A stretch of 64,000 nucleotides of DNA from NCBI GenBank assembly GCA_023213395.1, contig CM041465.1, positions 119,295,741 through 119,359,740 of the forward strand, written 5' to 3'. The position numbers and the translations under genes were made by a program. Each line of letters begins with the position of its first letter. Position 1 is the first letter of the stretch. Positions 13,401-24,559 of this stretch are shown here, piece by piece. The notes beneath the pieces were generated by a model that was not told where the DNA came from, did not search any database, and worked only from the letters and a program-made list of their open reading frames with translations. This DNA is from Cycas panzhihuaensis (Eukaryota; Plantae; Cycadophyta).

Positions 13401-13808
13401 TGACAATAGGACCATCATACTCTGTCTCATTCGTGAAAACCCCTTGTGGGCGCAAAGGACAAGAGTAAGTCTCGCTCTATCCCATTCGTGAAAACCCCAT
13501 GTGGGCGCGAAAGGATAAGGGTTGTATCATTTTGGAAAATCAGAACCTGTGAAAACCCGAAGGGCATGGGGATGACCAAATGGTATATGGAGACTCGATG
13601 AGATTTCAGCTACAAAATTTATTGTCTTGATTGGCTATCCGGCTACATTTAAAGAGTCTTTGAGCTAGGTTAGTAGATTAGAAAATTTGTGGGTTTTCTT
13701 CCCCATGAGGGTTTCCCACAAAAGTATCATACTAGTTTGCTTTGTAAGAGGCTCAAATGAAGACCTCATAGGATAGAATAAAATAGAATGAAATGACCTT
13801 CTATCATT

Positions 13809-13818
13809 AAGGGGGAGA
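13809..13818 (+). promoter_or_regulatory. Polypurine tract of copia E
   Basis: AAGGGGGAGA immediately before the 3' LTR. Confidence 0.9.
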
Positions 13819-13819
13819 T

Positions 13820-14117
13820 TGAAAAGGGTTAATGACATAAGGTCATTACATTAGTTGATTATTTCGAAAAAGGGTCTTAAGTAAACTTTAAATTAGATCA
13901 CTTAAGTGAAATGCACTTTCATGTGCATTATGTGTAATTTCATTTCACCTAACTCAAATGCTCTCTCTCTCAATATAAAAGTAAAGCTCAATGGAGGAGA
14001 TTCATTCTTTACCTCCCCATTTTGTGAGAGCTACTTTCTTTCTCTCAAGTCTCTCTTGCTCCCATGTTTGCCTTTGTGTTTAGTGCATGGAGATGAAGGA
14101 TAGATCCACTCTTTTCA
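13820..14117 (+). repeat. 3' LTR of copia E
   Basis: Direct repeat of 6548-6845, followed by TSD CTATC. Confidence 0.98.
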
Positions 14118-14908
14118 CTATCTACCATAACACCAGCTTCATAGTATGAACAAACTTGTATATGAAGCCATACTCTTAGACTCATATGTAAGACTTACAT
14201 ATATCCTAGTAAAACATACGAATAACTAATTTAATAATAAATCAAACATGTGACAAATCTTTATGGGATTTAAAATAATTGCAACACTTGTGGTTTGGTT
14301 AGATTTACTACATAGGCACTAACATACTCCTAGCTCATGATACCAACATATTTTTAAGTGCCCTATATAACCACAATTTAAAACCATCTATAACCTATAG
14401 CATAACTTTACCTTACAAATAAATAGGCATACTAAAAATAAGTTCAAAATAAACTCTTAATAGGTGTGCACACTCATAGTCTTACAACCTAAATTGGAGT
14501 CAAAACTAGCTTGAACCTAAAGCTATGATACCAATTAAAAGAATATGGAGTAAAACAAGCTTTAATACCACTTGTAAGAAACTAAATGCTAATATATAGG
14601 ACCAAGATCTAATAAGACTATGAAATAAAAATATACAAGTGAATAATAAATGAAAAAGTATATACAAATACATAATACAATATACTTGTAGGAAATGATC
14701 ACTTCCAATTATATTATGTCAAACCAATAAATATATATAGTACATATCACCACATGGTTGTCTAATCATACTCTAGGATCTATTTAGTCAACCAAGGACT
14801 AATTTAAATAAAAAAGTATATACATTATGACCCCCTAACATGCTTTAAAAGGATAATCACACTAAATTACTTCAATTAAATATTCACATAGGTTAACGTT
14901 ACCTAATA

Positions 14909-16715
14909 AGTGTGGGATGTAGAATTCGTCTCAATAATATTAAAGTGCATATCACAATCAACCCTCATATTTAAAATCTAATCACTAAATACCAATATAT
15001 TCTTTAAACCATTCTAGCCACCAACCCCCCCCCCTAATCCCATTAATCATGGATTCTACTGCTATCGAGCTCAAACACCCCCATGATCCAATTAGCTTAA
15101 GGCCATATTAAAACTTACATTTTTAAAAGAATCAAATTAAAAGAATTACAACTGAACTCATAGATATAGGAGTCATATAACCCAACAAGAGTCCTTATAC
15201 AACTACAATTGTCCTAATGTAGAAAAAAGATGGTTCATTTTGCTTATATATGGACTATGGAGAACTTAATAAGATTATAATTAAAAATAAATTTTAACAC
15301 CTAAGATTGATAATATGCTTGATGAAATCCATGGTGCCACTATATTTTCTAAACTTGACCTTTAATTTGGCTATTACCAAATAGCTATCACCATAGAAGA
15401 ACATCATAAGATTGTATTTTATATACATCATGGCCACTTTGAGTTTCAAGTCATGCCTTTTATTCTTTGTAATACCCCTACCACTTTTTAGGCCTTTATA
15501 AATAGGATATTTATACCATATCTATGTAGCTTTATCATTATTTGTTTTATGATATATTTATCTATAACTCTAACATGCCCCTCTACCTTGAGTATTTGTA
15601 AAAAGTTCTCTAAATCCTTACTTAACAAAAACTCTATACCAAGCTATCAAAGTATGAATTTAGTAAGACAGAGTTATAATACCTAGTATACATTATTTTA
15701 ATAAAAGATATCTGAGTTGACCTGGACAAAATCTCCACTATCACATCCTAGCCTACACCTAAAAACTTAATGCACCTTCATGCCCTCCTTAGTCTTATAG
15801 GGTTTTACAAATGGATCATCCATAACTATGCTTCTATTACTGGCTGGCTAACCAATTTTCTCTGTAAAGACTACTTCTAATGGTTTTCAGTCATTAAGGA
15901 TGCATTCAACCACCTTAAAGATAGTATAACATTGACCCTAGTTTTACCATTATAAACATTTCTCAAGCATTTTAATTATAATATGATGCCTCTAGATTTA
16001 GATTAGGAGTTATGCAAAACTTCCATGTAATTCCCTTCAAAAATTGTAAGCTAAAGGACCATGAATGTCTTTTATCTACCTACTAAATGAATATGAATGC
16101 TATTCTACATGCAGTTGATAAGTGATAATAATATATCCTTAGGTCAACATTCATAATTCTTAAAGATCATTATAGCCTTCAAACCCTCCTTGATCAACCC
16201 ATCCTATTAGAGGAATAGGCTAAGTTGCTTGAGTACCTATAGGTGTTTGACTTTACTATAATATATAAAAAAGGGTAGAATAATATTGTTACTGATGCCC
16301 TCTCATTATTACCCCTTGAATCCATAATTCAGATAATCTCCTAACCTAAACCTATATGGCTTATAAACTTGGCAATTGCCAACTAGTCTTAACTAGATTA
16401 TAACCAATGGTTACCAAAATCCCTTACTCAAAAGGATTGATCTTTTCACAATGATATTCTAATGTATAAAAATTACATTTTTGTTCACCCTACTTCCCCT
16501 TTCATTTCTAAAATCCTATCTAAATACCAATATTCCCCTCTTGATAGCCACTTGGGCTTTGATATAACCTACTAACATATCTACTCTAATTTCCACTAGT
16601 TATATATGAAGATGACAATCCTTACATTTGTAACAAAATGCCTCATATACTAGCAAAAAAAATTGATATAATGGCCCAATTGGGGTTGCTTCAACCCTTG
16701 CATATTCTCCATAGT
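14909..16715 (+). pseudogene. B pol remnant (RT, RNaseH, integrase N-terminus)
   Basis: KKDGSF..MDY, FSKLDL..GYYQI, GHFEFQVMPF, YKKG.NNIVTDALS, GLLQPL. Many stops. Confidence 0.9.
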
Positions 16716-19700
16716 TATAGCAGAATCCTTTAACTTGATTTAGAAATAACATAAAAATTCACAGATACTGGTCTAATATAGGCTCAAACAAATCTCCTCA
16801 ATCTCGAATAATAATGAATATTAGAAAATTCACCATAAAACACCAAAATAAAGTAACAAAAATATTACAAATAAAGGTAAATATATTGTCCAAAATAATA
16901 ATCAAAAGTATAAAAATATACAATAGAATATCCTTACTGAATGCTTGCCCCTTGAGGTGGGAATCCTCCAAATATCTTAGGCCAAAAAAGGCTAAGACAA
17001 CTGTAGCCCTAAAGCTAAAAATATGGAAGAGATCCAACCAAAGTGATGATCCAAAATGAGAGCTTTTATCCCTATTTATAATGGTTAATTATTATCGTAT
17101 TTGAAGTCAGCCAAATTAGGACAGTTCACTAGGACTGAACCATTAATGAAGTCAGCTAGAAGACTAGCTTACTGGTCATCTAATATTCTTGCACTCATTT
17201 ATGGGTTTTAAGTTGGCTGATAGGGCCCTAAAGAGAGGGTTTTCTTGGAATGTAACAAGTCCCCCCCTTGGAAAAATGCTTTGCACTCAAAGCATTGGTA
17301 ATTTTGGAAATTATTGTATCCATTTATCTTACTCCCATGTCATGTCTTCTATATCCAATGTCCATCATTTTATGACGTACTCTTTGACTTGTCTTATTTA
17401 AAGTTGCCTAGTGTGAATTTGGAGTATCACTTATGGTTCTAGTATAATCTGTCCTTCTCCATTGAATTCTGGCAAAGATGTCTGTGATACCATTTTGTCG
17501 TCGTTCTTTTTCTTTAGGCATGAAACATGAAAAGTATCATGGATCTTACTTGTTGTTGGTAACTTAAGTTTATAGGCTACTTCCTTGATTCTGTTAAGTA
17601 TTTGATATAGTCTAAAACATTAAGGAGTGAGCTTTTGTATCTTCATCTTACTCAATGACATTTATTTATATAGTTGCAACCAGAGGAAGACCTAATTATC
17701 TTTTTGGAAGCTCCTTTCTAATCGTTGTACATCTGCTTGCTACTTCATTCTATTCCTTGCCATCGCCAAATTATCTTTAAGAATTCTAATTGTGTCCTCC
17801 ATTTGCTTTTAGTATTCTTGGACAGCTTGAACCTGGGATGATCCATTCCATGTCAATAGATATAGCAGTTGATATCTGTAAAGAGCCTGGAATGGTGTCA
17901 TCTTAGTGGAAGAGTGGTATATTGTATTATACCACCACTCAGCTAAGTGTAGCCACTTGTGCCACTAATTTTATTTATCTGAGCAGAAATTCCTCAAGTA
18001 ACCTTCTAGACATTTATTGACTATCTCTGTCTGTCCATGTGTTTCAGGATGATACGCTATGCTCATGTGCAATTTTGTACCTATAATTCTAAATAAATCC
18101 TTCTAAATTTTACTGGTGAATTTGGGTCCTTATCACTAACAATAGTTTTAGGACCATGTAGTCTATGGATTTCTTTCATATATAGTTATATAATATCATT
18201 TACCTTTGTTGTTGACTATAGCCCATGAAAATAACTATAATTTATTAATCTATCAACTGTGACAAGGATCGTGTCTTTACCTTCTAATTTTAGGAGACCT
18301 GTAATAAAATCCATTAAAATTTCTTCCCATTTTTAGTTGGGGATTGGTAGGGGTTGTAGGAGACCTGGGATCTTTACACATTCTACCTTATTTTGTTGAC
18401 AAGTATCACATTCTGTCATGAATTTTTGAACATCTGATTTTAAGCCCTTCCAAAAGTATGATGCTTTTATCTTCTGATATGCCTTGGTTGTACCAGTGTG
18501 GTATGCTTTTGGGACTAAATGTACTTCTTGCAATATAATTCCCTTTAATTTAGAATTTTCAGGAATACAGATTTTGTCATTCCTAAGAATTAGATCACCT
18601 TTTTGTTAGTATTTATCTAAATTGATTCCCTTGATGTTATCTAGGAGTTTTTGGTATCTTGGATCTACCATATATTCACTTCTAATGGATTTTAGCCATG
18701 AGGGATTAATTGTTGATATCAACTCTAATGAAGGACCTTCCTCTGTTTCATCTAGGATTTGTGATAATGTGTCTACTATGATATTCTCTTTGCCTTTCTT
18801 GTATACTATCGTGAAGTCAAAATACTGCAACTTACTGACCTATTTTTATTGCTCATGAGACAATGTCTTCTATCTGAGGAAGTATTTAGACTATCATGAT
18901 CTGTGCACACTTGAAAGGAATTTCCCAATAGATATTATCACCATTGTTGGATGGCATGCATGATTGTAAGCGTCTCCTTATCATAAATGAGTTTGAGTTT
19001 TTCTCTATTATTTAACTCCTGACTCTCATAAGCTATTGGTCTTTCATCTTAGAGTAAGACTTGTTCTATTCCAAATCCTGATGCATTGCACTCCAATACG
19101 AATGGTTTTAAAAAATCAGGTGTTGCTAAAATTGGAGTTGCTACCATGGCCTTCTTAAGATCACCAAAATCTTCTTCTACTTCGGGTTCCAAGCAAACGC
19201 GTCTTTCTGTATTAAATATGTGAGTGGAGCTACTAGGTGTGCATAACCCTTTATAAACTTCCTAACAAACCCTGTTGTACTGAAGAATCCTCGAAGTGTT
19301 GTAATATTTGTTGGAGTTGGCCAATTAACAATTGCTTATATCTTCTTTGGGTCAATCCTTATACCTTCTCTAGTTATGATATGGCCTAAGTACTCTAGTT
19401 CTTCCTTTGCAAATGAACATTTCTTCTTGTTGGCAAAGAATTGATTATTATGCAAAATTTTGAAAATGATTTGCAAATGCTCTTCCCATATCTTACTATA
19501 GATTAGGATATCATCAAATAAAATTAACACGAATTTACATAGCAATTGATTGAAGATATCATTCATGGTGCTCTGAAATGTTGTCGGTACATTTGTTAAT
19601 CCAAATGGCATTACCCTAAATTTGAATAGGCCTTCATGTGTTCTAAATGTTGTCTTGTAGGCATCTTCTTCTCTTATCTGGATTTGATAATATCCTAACC

Positions 19701-22456
19701 ATAAATCAATTTTTGAAAAGTAATTTTCTCCATGAATTTCGTCCAATAGATCGTTAATGCAGGGGGATCAAGTACCTGTTCTTGACAGTTAATTGATTGA
19801 GACCTCAGTAGCCTACACACATTCTATATGAACCATCCTTCTTTAGACTAATAACAACTGGGTCTATAAATGACCTTGTGCTAGTGGTAATGCTCCCTTG
19901 GGATAGAAGTTTGCTTGTGATTTTCTCGATCTCTTTCTATAAATGATACGAATGTCTATATGGTCGATTGTTGATTGGCATTGCACCTAGTATAAGTTTA
20001 ATTGCATGTTGATTTTCTTGAAGACGCGGTAGTCCTTTCTATTCATTGAACACTATCTTGTATTCTTCTATAATTTATTGAATCTCTGGTGGAGTATCCT
20101 TGATTTCAACCTTATAACATGTCATAATGTATGCTAATGGGTTTTTTTCTGAGGAACTTCTCCATTTGGTGTGATGAGATCATTTGTACTAGTGGCATTG
20201 CCAATGCCTGCAATCAATACTTATGTCCTCCCTGGTGAAAGAACATAAATCTGGTCATATAATTAGTGACTATATTACCTAGAGTTTGAAGCCACTAGAT
20301 TCCTAATACTGCATCCATGCCATTGATTTGTATTATGAACATGCATGTATTTTTGCAGTATTCATCCATTTGTAAATTGATTTTTCTGTAGAATCCTCTA
20401 CACGATGTTATTTTCCCATTTACAATTGATACTTGGAATGTATTTATTAGTTCTATTTTAATTCCAAGCTTCTTTGTAATTTCCCTATTTATAAAGTTGT
20501 GTGTACTACCACTATCGACTAGAATTACAATAGGTGCCCCTTTTATCATCCCTTGGAATCGAAGTGTTTGTGGTATAATGCTTTGTCCTATAATTGCTTG
20601 AAGTAATATGTGTATATTTTCTATATCTAGCTCCAATAGTTCATCTACTTTATCTTCATCTGGCTTTTCTTTGACTTCTTCATAAATTTCCTTGGGTGCT
20701 TCTTCTTCCTCTAATATTGTTGTATCTTTGGTATTAATCATATATGCCTTCTTATCAGTGCATTGATATTTACGATTCTACTTCACATCACATTTGAAAC
20801 AAGTTCCTTTCTTTATGTGTTCTTCCTTTGTTGTTATCTCTTGATTATTTCTAATTGCTAATGGAGCCTCTACTTTAGTTCTTGACCTATTCTAATTTGG
20901 GTTAAATCCTTGTGAGTTTTTCATTCTGTGTATGAATATAGGTCTAGTTTCTTGTAATTCTGCTTCCATGCATCTTGCTATTTTGATTATTGAATATAAT
21001 ATTGGTACCTCCATTGCTTTTAGATAATATCTTATTGGAGGTTTTAATGCACTAATGTATATTTCCATAAGGAGTTCTGGTGGCACTATTGATAAAATTA
21101 GACATTATAACACTTGAAACTATTTAGTAAACTCTTAGACTAAGCTTATTTATTGTAATCTTATCAACTAGGTAAAATAGTATATACTCCTTGAGTCTTC
21201 ATATTGTGTTATGAGCCTATGCTTCATGTTGTGCCAACTTTTTGCCTATTTCCCACTTATTTGAAGCCACCATAAATACCATTTCAAGGCTTGACCATAC
21301 AAATATAATGATGCCAAGGATACTTTCTCATGTTCCGGTATCATGTAGACTAAGAAATAGGTTTTCATCTATAAGATTCATCCTCTTATATCCCTCGATT
21401 TATCAGGGTCAAACTTCTCTAAGGTAATCTTTTCCATTGTTGACCCTTTGTTACTTCTGTAGGTTCTTCTTTGATATTCTCCTTCTGTTTTAAATATTCC
21501 TGCGAAATTACTTGGATTTCCTTATTCTATTTCTTTTTCTTATTTGGCCCATATTGGTTATGCTTACGGTCCATCCAATCTTATGTTGATTTTGTGTATG
21601 ATGTCCATGAGGCCTACTAACGAAGCTAGGATTTCCTTTCCTACTTCATCTATGGTGATTTGTTCCTGACTAGATTGGCCTTGGGTAGTCGACATCTTCT
21701 TATGTTGTATAACCTTCTTAGAGCATAAATCTATTTGGGCTCTTCTCAAAATCCATGGGTAGGAGGGTGGGGAAAAGTTTCACTTCCTTCTCACAAAAAA
21801 TGTCATCCTCCTAATGGTTATTAGACTGTATTGATCCCCTCTAAAAAAATTTTAACTATATTCTCAAGAGACACTTTTCCACATGATAGCTTTAATGAAG
21901 CTTTGTTACCACTTATAGTGGAAGCTTTTAACTTAATTTAGAAATAACACAAAGATTCACATATACTAGTCTAATATAGGCTCAAACAGATCTCCTCAAT
22001 CTCAAATAATAATGAATATTAGAAAATTCACCATAAAACACCAAAATAAAGTAACAAAAATACTATAAATAAAGGTAAAAATATTATCCAAAATAATACT
22101 CAAAAGTATAAAAATATACAATAAAATATCCTTACTAAATGCTTACCCTTCGAGGCGGGAATCCTCCAAATATCTCAAGCCAAAAAAGGCTGAGGCAACT
22201 ATAGCCCTAGAGACAAAAATATGGAAGAGATTCAACCAAAGTGATGATCCAAAATGAGGGCATTGATGCTTATTTATAATGGTAAATTATTATCCTGTTT
22301 GAAGTTGGCTAGAATTAGGACAGTTCATTGGGAATGAACCATTAATGAAGTCAGCTAGAAGGCTGGCTTACTAGTCAGCTAATATTCTTGCCCTCATTTC
22401 TAGGTTTGAAGTCAGCTGATAAGGCTCTAAAGAGAGGGTTTTCCTGGAATGCAACA
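16716..22456 (-). mobile_element. Element L: Ty3/gypsy chromovirus-type LTR retrotransposon (5.7 kb) inserted in B integrase
   Basis: LTRs 16716-17257 and 21914-22456. TSD ATAGT / ATGGC. Minus-strand PBS 21900-21911. PPT 17258-17269. ORFs 20295-20741 (LVDSGSTHNF), 19336-19746 (RT), 18333-18533 (integrase zinc finger). Chromodomain-like EYVIK*..EDMTWE at ~17330-17385. Confidence 0.95.
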
Positions 22457-23520
22457 ATGGCATCTGGCAAGACATTGCTATGCACTTTACCATGGGCCTC
22501 CCATTATCTACTAGGTTTAACTCCATCTAATTCATCATTGACATGCTAATAAAGTAAACTTACTTTCTACTGATACACATCTCTTATAAGGTTGTTCATC
22601 TTGTTGATATATACATTTAATCTATCTTTTGACTCTATGGATTCCCTTTAATAACTATATGTGATCGAGATCCTAAGTTTACTAACTCATTTTGGTAGAA
22701 TCTTTTATGTGCCTTAGGCATCTTATTTAATATGATCTTGGCTTATCATCCTTAAACTAAGGAGTAATTTAATATTCTTAACAAAACTTTAGAAATATAT
22801 ATTTGTTACTTCACCTCAAAACACCAACATAAATTATCATCCTAGTTTGTGCTTGTTGAGTATCAGTATAACTCCTCCTATCGCTTTGTTATTGGTATAT
22901 CCCCTTTCATGGCCCTATATAGTTACCCCCAACCCTTCCATCACATCTTAGAAACCTACCTCTAAATAGACATTGTCTTGTAAAGATTAGAATACATGGA
23001 TCAAATCTCATATACTTTTAAGTAGAACCTAGCTTTGGCCCAAAATTACATGAAACAATTGACTAACTACCATTATTTTGATTAAGAGTTTGTAATAAGT
23101 GACATGGTATCCTTTTGACTTCAATGGTATAACTAGTAATCCCCTTATAATAACAAAAAGCATAAGCTTATCCCCTGTTCCTATGGCCCTTACAAAGTCC
23201 TTCAATGGATTAGATAAGTTGTATATGCCCTTAAGCTCCTACTTGATACCAAAGTCTAGAATGTTTTTTATGTCTCTTATTTGAAAAAGTTTCTTGGAAA
23301 AAGGGTTGTTCCCCAAACTACCCTATCTATTTTAGACAAAAAATATGTCCTCATGGTCCCTCCAAATCACATCTTAGCTACAAAATAATATTATTTGCAT
23401 AATCATACCATCTTTGGGTATTTCATATAGTGGGTTGGATATGATCTAAAAGAGGCAACATGGAAATCAACAGAGTTTGTCAATTAGTATCTACATCTTT
23501 GTTGCTTCATGGACTCATCA
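22457..23520 (+). pseudogene. B integrase core, C-terminus and chromodomain remnant
   Basis: IWQDIAMHFTMGLP resumes the frame broken at 16715. CDRDPKFT, AYHP, and a chromodomain-like tail. Confidence 0.85.
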
Positions 23521-23919
23521 TCTCAAGGGAGATAACATGTTATATAATTACTTGCTAATTATAAAGAGTGATTGTTAGCACATGTGATCAAGTAACTTAA
23601 TGGTTAATATTGGTTAGTAACTTTTGTATGTGGGTTTATTAGCTTGCTAATAAGATTGCAAGCCACTTATACCTTTAATAATATTTTATTAAAAGTGATC
23701 AACATTGCCTATTTAAGACCCAAGAAATGTATATAGATTGTTATATTAAAATAGTATTAAGAGATTATAATATTGTATGTTTTGGTTTCCATTTAGTATT
23801 TGAATTTTTGCTTATTTTTACTTTTTATGCTAAAATAAAATGATCTCAATTATTATCTTATGCCCTTTGAGCTATTAAATTATTGTTGTACAAAGAATAC
23901 TTAAGAAAGTTTTGCTCCA

Positions 23920-24168
23920 CTCCAAATGACCTAACAAATTGGATATATCAGTAGGACATGGATCAACCTAAATAGAATTGTTAAGCTCCTTACAATATCA
24001 TTTGGATTTCATGTTTCCCTGTATAAAAAGAAAACTAGGAAGATGGTACTTAAAGCTCCTCATTATTGTAAGAATATTTCATATACGCATTAACATCATT
24101 ATGGCCACACATGTATATTACTCATCTTATTGGGTTCTATCTCAAGTAGCCTATAAAAGATAAGCAAA
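23920..24168 (+). mobile_element. LINE ORF2 remnant (piece 2, post-RT)
   Basis: ORF 23978-24163 KRKLGRW...IMATHVYYSSYW resembles the post-RT segment of plant L1 ORF2. It lies between the B and C TSDs. Confidence 0.7.
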
Positions 24169-24559
24169 TAATGGAATTAGGGGATAAAGGGAGTAGAATG
24201 AAATGTAAGAGAGAGAATTACCAACATTCCATAAGAATAGTGGTATTAATGAACACTAGGGTCCTTATACCTCTTGAATAAATAAATAGTACCAAGAGGA
24301 TTTAGGCACACCTCTCAAGATCTACCACTGACTAGAATTAATAAATGCCTAATATGCTACTGCCAAGATATCTTTATTGGCTTAGATTATTATAACCCAA
24401 TATGGGTAATTTCCCCAAGGTGAATATGAGCCCTAATATGGACATTATTCTAGTATTTCTCCCATATAATTCCCATTTGGGGAGACTCCAAGTTTATTTT
24501 TTAATTTGATAAAGTTTACCAAGTACCTTTATGAATTTATTTTACTAAGTACCTTTATG

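Larger units (their letters stand above)
6548..14117 (+). mobile_element. Element E: young full-length Ty1/copia LTR retrotransposon (7570 bp)
   Basis: 298-bp TG..CA LTRs (6548-6845, 13820-14117) with one mismatch. Perfect TSD CTATC. PBS TGGTATCAGAGC. PPT AAGGGGGAGA. Order is gag, protease, integrase, RT, RNaseH. Confidence 0.98.
4691..14908 (-). mobile_element. Element D: non-autonomous LTR element (~374-bp LTRs, ~1.9-kb non-coding interior), interrupted by E
   Basis: LTRs 4691-5064 and 14536-14908. TSD AGTTT / AGTGT. Minus-strand PBS tggtatcatagct (14521-14533). Minus-strand PPT cattaagggggaaa (~5065-5078). No pol motifs seen inside. Confidence 0.85.
1216..23919 (+). mobile_element. Element B: old Ty3/gypsy chromovirus-type LTR retrotransposon (~6.7 kb without nested D/E and L)
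   Basis: Diverged LTR pair 1216-1607 / 23538-23919. TSD CTCCC / CTCCA. PBS tggtgtcaaagc 1610-1621 (tRNA-iMet type). PPT ~23525-23537. Order is gag, protease, RT, RNaseH, integrase. Chromodomain-like YFI*WVGY..EATW at ~23420-23465. Confidence 0.9.

Noticed and set aside
13418-13590. Repeat-spacer-like pattern (CRISPR-like)
   Set aside because: Only three units, the spacers are self-complementary stems, the context is a eukaryotic retrotransposon, and there are no cas genes.
6634-14103. Identical 65-aa ORFs at 6634 and 13906 (likewise 47669/52653)
   Set aside because: They lie inside LTR pairs, so the identity reflects the repeat and not a gene.
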